Positions 1 to 11,812 of a stretch of DNA of 64,000 bases are shown here, one piece after another. Position numbers and translations under genes: made by a program. The DNA is from Pristiophorus japonicus (taxonomy: Eukaryota). Numbering within the stretch: position 1 is the first letter of the stretch; every line of letters begins with the position of its first letter. The stretch is taken from contig NC_091984.1 of NCBI RefSeq assembly GCF_044704955.1, forward strand, positions 179,242,001 through 179,306,000, given 5' to 3'. The notes under the pieces were generated by a model. It was not told the origin of the DNA, ran no database searches, and saw nothing but the letters and a program-made list of their open reading frames with translations.

Positions 1-1167
1 ATATGTTAAAAATTGTTCATTTACTAAGAAACTGACTCGTGTACACTAATTGAATTAATAAATGGATCTGTATTTTTTTTACAAATGTAATTTTCAGATA
101 TTTAAAGTCATGTCACTCACGGGTGGTGGAGTAGATACGCTTAAGTAAAATGCTTATTTTTTTGTTAAAACCCATTTTCAGCTGTTTTAATAAAACTGCA
201 CCAAGTTACCACTCTTAAATATATAATGGAATTGTTTAATACAAGGGGAAAAGGTGGAAAAATCAACAATTACGTTCTTCTAACATATTGCCCGATTGCA
301 ATGGTTCATGGAAGATTTTATGTTTGTTATTATGCAAATGAATTGAGCGGAACCTTGAAACACTTGAGCCTCCTTTCACCCGCCGCCATTTAACCCTATC
401 AGCATATCCTTCTATTCCTTTCTCTCTCAAGTTCGTATCTAGATTTCCCTTAAATGCAGCTATGCTTTTTTTCTAGTTACTGCTTGTGGTAGCGTGTTCC
501 ATATTTTTACCACTATTTGGGTAAAGGCATTTCTCCTGAATTCCCCATTGGATTTATTAGTGTCTCTTATATTTACGACCTCTAGTTTGGGACTCTCCCG
601 CAAGTGGAAACGTTTTCTTTATGTGCATCCTCTCAACTTCTTTCATTATTTCAAATACCTCCATCAGCTCACCCATTAGCCTTATTTTTTCTAGAGAAAA
701 GAGCCTTAGCCTCTCCTGATAAGTATATTCTCTCAGTTAGAAACATAGAAACATAGAAAATAGGCGCAGGGGCAGGCCATTCGGCCTTTCGAGCCTGCAC
801 CACCAGTCAATATGATCATGGCTGATCATGCAACTTCCGTACCCCACTCCCACCTTCTCTCCATACCCCATGATCCCCTTAGCTGTAAGGGCTAACCTCC
901 TCTTGAATATACCCAACGAACTGAACTGAACAACTTTCTGCGGTAGAGAATTCCACAGGTTCGCCACTCTCTGGGTGAAAATGTTTCGCCTCATCTTGGT
1001 CCTATATGGCTTACTCCTTATTCTTAGATTGTGACCCCTGATTCTGGAATTCCCCAACATCGGGAACATTCTTCCTGCATCTAACCTGTCCAGTTCCATC
1101 ATAATTTTATATATTTCTATGAGAACCCCTCTCATTCTTCTAAATTCCAGTGAGTATAAGCCTAGAC

Positions 1168-1379
1168 TATTATATATGAATAAAGAGTCTGACTGGATAA
1201 TGTGAGCTCAAAGTGAAATGTGACCTCAGTTTTTTATTGTAGGTCTCCAGAGTGCCTCTGCAGCCTGTGAGGCCTCCTGTATTACCTGTGCTCCCAATGG
1301 ATTGTGGCATCCCTTGGGACGCCAGGAGATAAGCCCTCTGGTGGCCCTACAAGGTATATAGAAGTTTGCATACATAACA
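1168..1379 (-). repeat. Gypsy 3' LTR
   Basis: Direct repeat of 5478-5689 with about 19 mismatches in 212 bp by manual alignment; TG...CA termini (one mutated). Confidence 0.92.
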
Positions 1380-1412
1380 ACACTCCCCCACCCCCCAAAG
1401 TCAACAGTGTAA

Positions 1413-4400
1413 CTATTTACAAAGTGAGTCGATCTGGGGCCTTTCTTTCCCTGGTTGATTGTCTTGATGCAAATGCTGGTTTGGGCCCCTGCTGGGCTGC
1501 TGTGCAGCTGGCCTTGCTGGACTGTCTGGTGTGGTGAGTCCTGCTGGGCTGTTGTGGGTGATGGGTTCTGCTTCGTGGACAACCGCTGTGTCAGTTGCCA
1601 CTGGTGTGCATGTTGGGGGGTCAAAGAAGGTAGGGTCCAATGTTGGTTGCTCAGAATAGTCCATAAATCTGAGTTTGATTTGGTCCAAGTGTTTCCGGTG
1701 AATGAGTGCGGTTGAAAGTTTCACGCGAAATACCCTGCTCAGCTCTTTGATCACAATAGTGCCGGGAAGCTACTTTGGACCTTGTCCATAATTCAATACA
1801 AATGCAGGATCATTGATTTTAATTTCGTGTGACACATTAGCGCTATCATGCTATGTACTTTGTTGAAGCCGCCTGCTCTCTACCTGTTTAGGTAGATCAG
1901 GGTGAACTAACGAAAGCCTTGTCTTAAGTGCCCTTTTCATGAGTAGTTCAGCAGGTGGAATCCCAGTGAGTGAGTGGGGTCTCGTGCGGTAGCTAAGCAG
2001 AACTCGGGATAGGTGAGTCTGCAGTGAGCCTTCAGTTACCCTCTTCAAGCCCTGCTTGATAGTTTGCACTGCTCTCTCTGCCTGACCATTGGATGCTGGT
2101 TTGAATGGGGCAGATGTAATATGCTTGATCCCATTACGGGTCATGAACTCTTTGAACTCGGCACTGGTAAAACATGGCCCATTGTCGCTCACAAGGACAT
2201 CAGGTAGGCCGCGCATGGCAAACATGGCCCGCAGGCTTTCAGTGGTGGCAGCAGACGTGCTTGCCATCATTATCACACATTCAATCCATTTGGATTATGC
2301 ATCTACAACCACAAGGAACATTTTACCCAAAAACGGGCTTGCATAGTCCACATAGACCCTGGACCACGGTTTGGAGGGCCATGACCATAAACTTAGTGGT
2401 GCCTACCTGCGTGCATTGCTTAACTGCAAGCATGTGTTACATCTGTGCATGCAGGACTCCAAGTCCACATCGATACCGGGCCACCACACGTGGGATCTGG
2501 TTATCACTTTCATCATTATGATGCCTGCGTGCGTACTGTGGAGGTTACTGATGAAAGTGTCCCTGCCCTTCTTGGGACCACTACCCGATTGTCCCACTGA
2601 AGGCAGTCTGCCTGTATAGACATTTAATCTTTGCGCCGCTGGTACAGCTTTAGCTCTTTCTGCATTTCCACTGAGACAATGGACCTGTTCCTTTGGAGCA
2701 CACAATGTTTTACTATGGACAGGAAGAGGACCTGGTTCGTCCAGATTCTAATCTGTTGGGCTGTGACGGGTGATTGCTCACTCTCGAATGCTTCCACAAC
2801 CATGACTAAATCTGCGGGCTGCGCCAGTTCCACCCCCGTGATGGGCAATGGCAGCCTACTGAGAACATCGGCACAGTTTTCTGTGCCTGGCCTGTGGCGG
2901 GTGGTGTAGTTGTATGCAGACAACGTGAGCGCCCATCACTGGATGCGGGCCAATGCCCATACGCTCGGAAAAAGCGGATACTAGTGTCTTATGATCCGTT
3001 TCCAATGCAAATTTTAGCCCAAACTGATATTGATGCATTTTCTTTACCCTATAGACACACGCTAACGCTTCTTTTTCAATCATGCTGTTGGCTCCTTCAG
3101 CCTTAGACAGACTCCTGGATGCATACGCAACCAGTTGCAATTTCCCAGATTCATTGGCTTGTTGCAATACACAACTGATGCCATGCGACGACATATCACA
3201 TGCTAGTACGAAACACTTACATGGATCATACAACACAAGCGATTTGTTTGAGCACAACAATTTTCTAGCTTTTACAAAGGCATTTTCTTGGCTTTTTCCC
3301 CACACCCATTCGTCTCCTTTATGCAGTAAAGCGTGCAGTGGTTCTAACAGTGTGCTGAGACCCGGTAAGAAGTTACCAAATTAGTTCAGGAGTCCTAGAA
3401 ACGACCGCAGCTCCGTCACATTCTGTGGCCTCAGTGCATTCTCGATTGCCTCCGTCTTTGAATCGGCGGGCCTGATGCTGTCTGCCGCGATTCTTCTCTC
3501 CAGGAACTCCACTTCAGGTGCCAGGAAAATGCACTTCGTGCATTTTATCCTGAGTCCCGCGTGGGTGTATCGACTAAGAACCTTCCTCCAGGTTCTGCAG
3601 ATGCTCGACTGTGTCCCAGCCTGTAACCAAGATGTCATCCTGGAAGACCACCATGCGCGGGACTGACTTCAGTAAGCTTTCCAAGTTTCTCTGGAATATC
3701 GCCGTGGCTGATCGAATTCCAAATGGGCATCTTTTATAAATGAAGAGACTTTTGTGCGTGTTGATGCAGGTGAGGCCCTTCGATGATTCCTCCAGCTCCT
3801 GCATCATGTAGGCTAAGGTCAATTCCAGCTTCGTGAACATCTTTCCTCCCGCAAGCGTAGCAAAAAGCTCATCAGCCTTTGGTAGTAGGTATTGATCCTG
3901 CAGGGAGAAACGATTGATAGTTACTTTATAATCACCACAGATTCTGATTGTGCCATCTCCCTTAAGGACTGGAACAATCGGACTGACCCACTCATTGAAT
4001 TCGATCGGCGAAATGATGCCCTCTCATTGCAGCTCGATCTCTACCCTTTCTCTCATCATGTACAGTACTGCTCTCACCTTGTGATGGATGGGTCGCAACC
4101 CCGGAATTAGATGTATCTGCACTTTTGCTCCTTGCAACTTCCCGATGCCTGGTTCTAACAATGAAAGAAACTTGTTTAAGACCTGGGCACCTGAAGTGTC
4201 GTCCATGGACGAGAGCACTGGGACGTTGTCTCAGTTCCAGTGTATCTTTCCCAGCCAGCTGCTGCTGAGCAGCATGGGACCATCGCCCAGTACCACCCAG
4301 AGTGGTAGCTTGTGCACCGCTCCATCGTAGGAGACCTTTACAGTAGCACTGCCGATTATGGGAATCAGTTCCTTTGTGTAAGTTCTCAGTTTCGTGTGAA

Positions 4401-5420
4401 TGGGAGTCAAGACTGGCCTTGAGGCCTTGCTGCACCACAATTTTTTGCAAGTCTTTTCGCTCATAATGGACTGGCTCATGCCCGTGTCCAGCTCCATTGA
4501 CACCGACAGTCAATTTAGTTCAAACTTCAGCATTATCGGGGCAAACTTTGTGGTAAATACGTGCACCCCATATACCTCTGCCTCCTCGGTCTGAGGCTCT
4601 GGTTCATCGAGATCTGCAGTTGATCTGTCCTCCTCTGCAACATGGTGGTTTGCAGGATTAACAGGATTTGAAACTCGTCTGCACATACGTTGGACGTGTC
4701 CCATTGTTCCACAGCCCTTACAAACATATCCTTTGAAGCAACATGAATGGAAATGATAATCACCCCCGCAGCGCCAACAAGGTGTTAATGGCCTTGCATT
4801 CATCACCCTTGATGGTGGATCTGAGACATCTGTGGACGTGCAGCTGGAGGCATGTGAGGCCTGCCTCTACGTTGCGATTTGAAACAACATCGCTTTGTTC
4901 ACAGTACTTGTAGCAGCACTCATGTACTGAGAGATTTGCTTAGTATTGTCACTGGTGGCAAAGAATGCCTGGGCCTTACTCAAGGTTGGGGTCTATACAG
5001 TCAAAAGCTTGCGAAGTATTACTTCATGGCCAATGCCAATTACGAAAGAATCTCTGAGCATGTGCTCCAAATGTCCTTCAGATTCGCAATGTCCTGCAAG
5101 GCATCTTAGCTCGGCGACATAAGTCACCACTTCCTGGCCATCAGAAGTTTTGTAGGTGTAGAACCGGTATCTCGTCATCAGAACGCTTTTCTTCAGGTTC
5201 AGGTGCTCCTGGACCAATGTGCACACATCATCGTATGATCTCTCTGTGGGTTTCGCTGAAGCAAGCAGATATTTCATGAGGCAATACGTTGGTGCCCCGC
5301 AGATGGTGAGGAGAATCGCCCTTCGTTTGGCAGTGTTCGCTTGTCCTTTCAGCTCGTTGACCACGAAGTATTGGTCGAGTCGCTCCATGAAGGTTTCCCA
5401 ATCATCTCCCTCTGATAATT
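1413..5420 (-). pseudogene. Fragmented gag-pol of the Gypsy element
   Basis: Gag with two zinc knuckles (CWRCGGDYHFHSC; CKGCGTMGHVQRMC), protease LDTG (4231-4503), RT 'FQDD' (3574-3840), RNase H (2856-3305), integrase core 'VSDNG...GQAER' (1851-2276); many stops and frameshifts. Confidence 0.9.
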
Positions 5421-5477
5421 TCCACTGCCCACTGTTCTCTGCATTATTGGGTTCGTCATCTGTATCTCGTCGCCAGT

Positions 5478-5689
5478 TGTTATATATGAATAAAGAGTCT
5501 GACTGGATACTGTGAGCTCAAAGTGAAATGTGACCTTAGTCTTTTATTGCAGGTCTCCAGATTGCCTCTCCAGCCTGTGAGGCCTCCTTAACTACCTGTG
5601 CTCCCAAGGGATTGTGGGATCCCTTGGGACTCCAGGCGATGAGCCCTCTGGTGGCTGTACAAGGTATATACAAGTTTGCATGCATAACA
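5478..5689 (-). repeat. Gypsy 5' LTR
   Basis: TGTTATATATG...CATAACA; followed on the minus strand by the PBS. Confidence 0.92.
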
Positions 5690-7515
5690 TTGCCGATACA
5701 GTCTTTCTTCATATGTCAGTCCTGCCATCCCGGGAATTAATCTGGTGAACCTTCGCTGCACTCTCTCAATAGCAAGCACGTCCTTCCTCAGATTAGGAGA
5801 CCAAAACTGCATACAGTACTCAAGGTGTGGTCTCACCAAGGCCCTGTACAGCTGCGGTATGACGTCCTGCTCTCTGCTCTCAAATCCTCTCGCTCTAAGG
5901 CCAGCGTGCCATTTGCTTTCTTTACTGCCTGCTGTACCTGCATGCATACCTTCAGCGACTGATTAACCATGACACCCAGATCTCGTTGCACCTCCCCTTT
6001 TACTAATCTGTCACCATTCAGAAAATAATCTGCCTTCCTGTTTTGCCACCAAATTGGATAACCTCACATTTATGCACATTATACTGCTTCTGCCATGCAT
6101 TTGCCCATTCACCTAACCTGCCCAAGTCACCCGCAGCCTTTTAGCATCCTCACATTGCCATCCAGCTTAGAGTCATCTGCAAATTTGGAGATCTTACGTT
6201 CAATTCCTTCACCTAAATTATTAATGTATATTGTAAATAGCTGGGGCCCCAGCACTGAACCGTGTGGCACCCCACTGGTCACGGCCTGCCATTCTGAAAA
6301 GGACCCGTTTATTCCAACTTTGTTTCCTGTCTGCCAACCAGTTCTCTATCCATGTCAATACATTACCCCCAATAACATGTGCCTTAATTTTGTACACAAA
6401 TATCTTGTGTGGGACCTTGTCAAAAGCCTATAAAAGTCCAAATACACCACATCCCCTGATTCTCCCTTATCCACCGTACAAGTTTCATTCTCAAAAAACT
6501 CTAGAAGATTTGTCAAGCAAGATTTCCCTTTCATAAATGCATGCTGAATTGGACCGATCCTTTCAGTGCTTTCCAAATGCGCTGCTATTATATCATTAAT
6601 AATTGATTCCAGCATTTTCCCCACCACCGATGTCAGGCTAACCGGTCTATAATTCCGTTTTCTCTCTCCCTCCTTTTTAAAAAAGTGGTGTTACATTAGC
6701 TACTCTCCAATCCATCAGTACTGAGCCAGAGTCCATGGAATTTTGGAAAATGACCACCAACACATCTACTATTTCTAGGACCACTCCCTTAAGTACTCTA
6801 GGATGCAGACTATCATGTCCTTGGGATTTATTGGCCTTCATCCGCATCAGTTTCCTTAACACCATTTCCTGACTAATAAGGATTTCACTCAATTTCTCCT
6901 TCTCGCTAGACCCTCGGTCCCCTAGTAATTTCGGGAGTTTATTCATGTCTTCCTTAGTGAAAACAGAACCAAAGTATTTGTTCAATTGGTCTGCCATTTC
7001 CTTGTTCCCCATTATGAATTCACCTGATTCTGACTGCAAGGGACCTACATTAGTCTTCACTAATCTTTTTCTCTTCACATATCTATAGAAGCTTTTGCAG
7101 TCAACTTTTATGTTCCCTGCAAGCTTATTCTCATACTCTATTATCCCCCTCCTAATTAAACCCTTAGTCCTCCTCTGCTGAATTCCAAATTTCTCCCAGT
7201 CCTCAGGTTTGCTGCTTTTTCTGGCCAATTTATATGCCTCTTCCTTAGATTTAACACTATCCTTAATTTCCCTTGTTAGGCACGGTTGAGCCACATTCCC
7301 TAATTTATTTTTACGCCAGACAGGGACGGACAATAGTTGTAATTCATTCATGTGACATTTAAATGTCTGCCATTGCCTAGTCACCATCAACCTTTTAAGT
7401 ATCAGTCCTGATATTATCAATGTGAATATTTTCGCATCTTCACCAATACCTCTATCCCCTTTTTATAGTATGGCGACTACAAATGTGCACAGTACTCCAA
7501 GTGTGGTCTAACCAA

Positions 7516-7948
7516 ACAAAAGCAAATTACTGTGGATGCTGAAAATCTGAAATAAAAATAGAAAATGCTGGGAATACACAGCAGGTCAGGCAGCATCTGC
7601 GGAGCCAGAAACAGCATTATTATTTCAAGTCGATGATCTTTCAACAGAACTGGAAAAAGTTAGAGATGTGACAGGGATAGTGGATGGTAGTAAAGAATAA
7701 AAAGCAAGGTCTGTAATAGGGTGGAAGGTAGGGATAATTAAACAACAAATGGGATGATAATGCCAAACAAAAGCGCCTGGTTATGAGACACGAAAAGAAA
7801 AAAATATAGTTCTAGAGGAGCTGAATGACAAAAGCATAATCATTACCAGCTTACTGCTGTCCGAAAAATGGGAGCAGTGGTTATGATCCGAAATAATTAA
7901 ACTCAACGTTGACTATGGAAGGTAGATAAGTGCCGAGTCGTAGGATGA
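7516..7948. mobile_element. Shark interspersed repeat (Penelope-like terminal fragment) inserted in the old CR1
   Basis: Flanked by 11-bp direct repeat GGTCTAACCAA (7505-7515 and 7949-7959); similar copies at ~63093-63545 and inverted at ~30040-30300; family assignment from recall only. Confidence 0.55.
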
Positions 7949-8865
7949 GGTCTAACCAAGGTTCACTGCAAGTTAAAAAAAACTTCTCAACTTTTGAATT
8001 ATTTCCCTCTCGAAATGAAACCCACTGCTTAATTTGCACTCCATGGTATTATTAACCTGCGTCGCTACTTTGAGTGATTTCTGTATCTGTACCACTGGAT
8101 CCTTTTGCTCCTCTTCTCCATTCAGACTCTTGTTATCGAAACATTATGGAGCCTTCTGCACTCTTCCTACCAAAATACACCATGTCACACTTATCTATGT
8201 TAAAATTAATTTGCAAATTACATACCCATTCTGCAAGTCTTCCTATGTTTTTTTTCGCATTCTTCCTTTATATTAACGATACCTCCCAATTTGGTGTCAA
8301 CCACTAATTTTGAAATTATACTTCCGATTCCCGAGTCCAAATTGTTAATGTAAAATTGTGAACATCAATGGTCTCATCACCAATCCCTGTAGAACAACGC
8401 TTCCGAACTTTTGGCAGACTGAGTAGCTACCCTTAACCCCCACACTCTGTAGACAGCTTGCTATCCATTCTGCTAAATGTCCTCTGACTCCACAAGCTCT
8501 GAACTTAGTTATGACTCTTAATGCAGCGCCTTAGCAAAGGCTTTTTGAAAATCCAAATATCATACATCTACTGAATTATCTTTGTCTACGCTTTCTGTTA
8601 CTTCTTCAACGAATTCAATAAGGTTGATGAAGCATTGCCATCCCTTTTTAAATACGTGCTGACTAATTTTTATAATATTTTCGGTTTCCTGATATTCTGC
8701 TATTACATCTTTCAGTAAAGATTGCATTATCTTTCTTACCACTGACGTTAAGCTATCTGATCTACAGTTCTACGGTCATGTTTTATCTCCCTTTTTAATA
8801 TAGGAATGCCAGTTGTTTTCCACCAGTCCTCTGGCACTATTCACTTTTTAATGATAGGGCATCTA

Positions 8866-9585
8866 TGTAAGATTAAACTTACCTGCATGTTGTGATAGTG
8901 CTTTAATAATGCTTTTTTTAACTGTTATTTGTTAAAAGTAACTAAAGTGTGTGTAAGCTTAGCTAACCATGGTAAAAGCTGAGCAGCAAAGCATCATGGT
9001 AAATTAAGCTAATATTGTGTTGGCTGCTATCATGCGGTGAAGTAGTAAGAATACTCTGTTCTTTTAGAATTCAGCTTATCGCCAAAGACAGCTATTAATT
9101 AGTAAGATAAGAGTCTGCAGCATGTATCATTTTCCTATCCTAATTTTGCAAAACCAAGCTTAGTCATTTATAATACGAGATTGTGTGTGTAGACGTTTTC
9201 AGCGAAAAACATTTTGTCTGCAAATTACCATATAAAGTGTTGACAATCGAAAAGCTAAGCAGCTGCGAGCTATCACGTATGTATGTGCTGGAGAAAAGGT
9301 ATAAGAGAAACAGCTGTTGAAATCTGAAGGCAGCGTGAACGCAGAAGAAGACTGGAGCAGAACTACAGTCAACCTAACACAGCAAGAGACAGCACCACTG
9401 TCAATCAGTGGTCTTCCGTTGAGGTTTCAAGGAACAGACTTTCTATCGCCTTGTTAAGTATTATTTCTTCGTACTGGCAGTTAGCCATTTAATAAAATCT
9501 GTTGTGCTTATTTGCAATATACCTATACTCAGCGTGGTTTGTGGTCACAGACAGGTCTCTTCTGACAGATCTTACAGATGTTACA
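8866..9585 (+). repeat. 5' LTR of the outer LTR element
   Basis: Direct repeat of 19248-19330 plus 20500-21141. Confidence 0.88.
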
Positions 9586-9587
9586 AC

Positions 9588-9605
9588 TGTCGACCACGAA
9601 GGGAC
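9588..9605 (+). promoter_or_regulatory. Primer-binding site, tRNA-Arg
   Basis: TGTCGACCACGAAGGGAC is one mismatch from TGGCGACCACGAAGGGAC, the complement of a tRNA-Arg 3' end; lies 2 nt after the LTR. Confidence 0.75.
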
Positions 9606-9746
9606 TTTGATCACAAATGAAACCAGGTTTATTGTGAATGATGCAACAGGGGTTTCTCAGACCAAATGTTTAATTCTTCTGGGGTTAACCTCGTGAGAGT
9701 GAGTGTTAGTTTAAATTATCTGATAGTGTCTCTTAAGCACACCAAG

Positions 9747-11020
9747 ATGCCGAAAGGGGATATTTGGAAGGAATATGAAGTGAAATTAGGTAACCAGTGT
9801 GATGAGGCACTGATGGAGACACTAGTAGTAGAGTGTCTTATGAAATTCCCAGGCGTGCCTTTGGAGGCTGTGGCCATCCAAAAACAGGTTAAGGCTAAGA
9901 AATGGAAGATAAAGCAATAAATTTGATTGCATATGATGCAATGTACTGCGCAGAGAGACGTAGTGCTCCTCGAACAAGATGACAGATTGTATGAACAATG
10001 GAATCTTGACGAAGCTAGCTGTCAGATAGACACCGTAACAAAAGATATTGGACCAGAAATCCCTGTTTCTTCTTCCTGCGAGCCTTCGACTAAACGTAAG
10101 AGAAAAGATGTGCACTTACTATTAGGTCGAATGCCCGCCCGAGAACCCCGACTCGAGGCCTCCTCTTCTTGCGCCACGGCGTTCACATCGGGATGACCAC
10201 AGGAGTCACGTGGGCCTGGACACCCAATCACAGGTAAGTATTTTTTCATTCATCGTAAAAGGAGTTTCATAAATCCGAATCTCTTATTACTATGAATGAG
10301 AAATACCCCCAAACACACACATGCTACATAAAACATTAAAAAAAAAACACCTCACATAAATACACCAATAGAAATTAAAGTTGTTAGAAATGTTTTTTAA
10401 AGAAAAAAATTGCCGATTTAAAAAAAAAGTTCTAATTATGGTTAAAAATAAATGTACCCTATTGGGCAGGGTTATAAAAATAATATGTGTCTTTTTTACT
10501 TTAATTTATTTATATTTTTTATGTTTTTAAACTTTTGCGCCTGTAAAAGTAGGCTATGCAGCTGCTTTTACCAGGCGCAAGGGTTTTGAGGACATTTGCT
10601 GGGCAAGATATGTGTAAATACCGCAATCTTGCCCGTGCAAATGTCCTCGCTCCCGATATGTGGGAGATCTGTCAAGCGAGAAATTTGAGAGATCAGAAAA
10701 GTCGGTTTTCCGATGCCTTCCCGGGTCCGTAGACACTCCTACAGACCCGGGCCAATAACTTTAATGGGTGATCCTTATTTAAATTACGTCCCAGAATTTG
10801 ATGAATGTGGTGGAAATTGCAAGCGTTTGGATGAGATGGTATCACAAGTTAATGAAAAAAAACTAAACTTAAAGAAGCCAGTTAGAAACTGGCTAACTCA
10901 ACATATCTCTGCATGAAGCATGGAGACTTGAGGAACAGGATAAGTGTAAAGTGCAGGAGAAAGAGTAGGAGTTAGAGTGGGAAGATTTAAGAACTCAGGA
11001 AAGGAAGAAAAACAAGGTTG
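9747..11020 (+). pseudogene. Decayed ORF in gag position of the outer LTR element
   Basis: ATG at 9747 shortly after the PBS (MPKGDIWKEYEVKLG...), continuing through stops and a ~650-bp insertion; positional inference only, no diagnostic motif. Confidence 0.35.
10101..10755. mobile_element. Probable non-autonomous shark repeat inserted in the gag-position ORF
   Basis: Abrupt composition change (GC-rich ends, AT-rich core) interrupting the ORF; boundaries approximate. Confidence 0.4.
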
Positions 11021-11025
11021 CTGAG

Positions 11026-11679
11026 TGTTACCGCGAATGTACCATTCCAAGAATCACTCATCACTCAGGGTCGGTCCATACATCAAAACGGTTTATTACG
11101 CGGCGGGGAGATGAAGCAACTGGTGGGTGCAGGTACCTCTCTCCACCAAACAAAGGGTTTCATGGATATTTATATGTTTTACAACAGTTTACTACAGTTT
11201 ACTACAGTTACATCAGCTCATTTCGGCCGGACACTATCCAATCATATGGATTATAGATTACATATAGTAGTAGTTCTAAACATTAGGTGACAATGTGGTT
11301 GCCTAGAGATGTGTTGCTATGAGATGTGTTGCTATGAGATGTGTTGTTATGGTCCAGACCCCCCCCCCCCCCCCTTATCTTACTGTCCTTGGCTGTCTTT
11401 GAGTAACCTCCTTATCTTAGTCCTGTTACAGAGTTATATTGTTCTACAGGCCAGGACGTCTCGTCTGGGGAACATCTGCGGAGTTGTAGTGTGTTTCTGC
11501 GTGAGAACCTCGCCGTTATCGATAATTAGGAATGCAGTCTCTTTTCTGCTGGCTGATGTCCCTTGGGGCTTTGCTTAGCCATGAGCAGCCATCTTTATTT
11601 AATACTACAATTACATATTTCGTTCTAAACCTTATGCTACAGGTGCCGTAGCCCTCGGGGAGAATTTTCTGCTATGACA
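11026..11679 (-). repeat. 3' LTR of the env-only element
   Basis: Direct repeat of 15458-16061; AATAAA on the minus strand at 11092-11097. Confidence 0.92.
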
Positions 11680-11812
11680 ACCCCCCCTTTCGGTCAAGGG
11701 GCTAGCCGCCTGAAACCGACACTAATTTATATTCTGTTATAGTTTTGTATCACCTGGTACTCCCTGCTTCGACGTGCTGACCAGTCACGCAATTTCAGGA
11801 GTCCCAGTTGTT

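Larger units (their letters stand above)
1168..5689 (-). mobile_element. Full-length decayed Ty3/Gypsy LTR retrotransposon (Mag-like)
   Basis: 212-bp LTRs at both ends; PBS TGGCGACGAG next to the 5' LTR; PPT (GGGGGGTGGGGGAG on minus strand) at ~1383-1396; degenerate 5-bp TSD tagac/ttgcc; domain order gag-PR-RT-RH-IN. Confidence 0.93.
738..7401 (-). mobile_element. 5'-truncated CR1 LINE (ORF2 RT region), split by a Gypsy insertion
   Basis: (CATAGAAA)n tail at ~739-760; ORF2 fragments 737-1135, 5588-5947, 6355-6627, 6677-7420 ('LYRALVRPHLEYC', 'KGKSCLTNLLEFF'); flanking direct repeat TCAGT at 733-737 and 7402-7406. Confidence 0.9.
362..8860 (-). mobile_element. Old decayed CR1-type LINE hosting nested insertions (host parts ~362-737, 7402-7515, 7949-8860)
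   Basis: CR1 3' region sequence; ORF 8560-8742 gives RT-region motif 'SQHVFKKGWQCFINLIEFVEEVTESVDKDNSVDV'; the sequence is collinear with 62514-64000 once the 738-7401 insert is removed. Confidence 0.7.

Noticed and set aside
9588-9605. tRNA gene (also 15439-15456)
   Set aside because: Only 18-nt tRNA complements next to LTRs, i.e. primer-binding sites.
11018-11578. ORFs in the LTRs, including the CCYEM repeat (also 15471-15818)
   Set aside because: Antisense frames within LTRs; the repeat comes from a 15-bp tandem unit.
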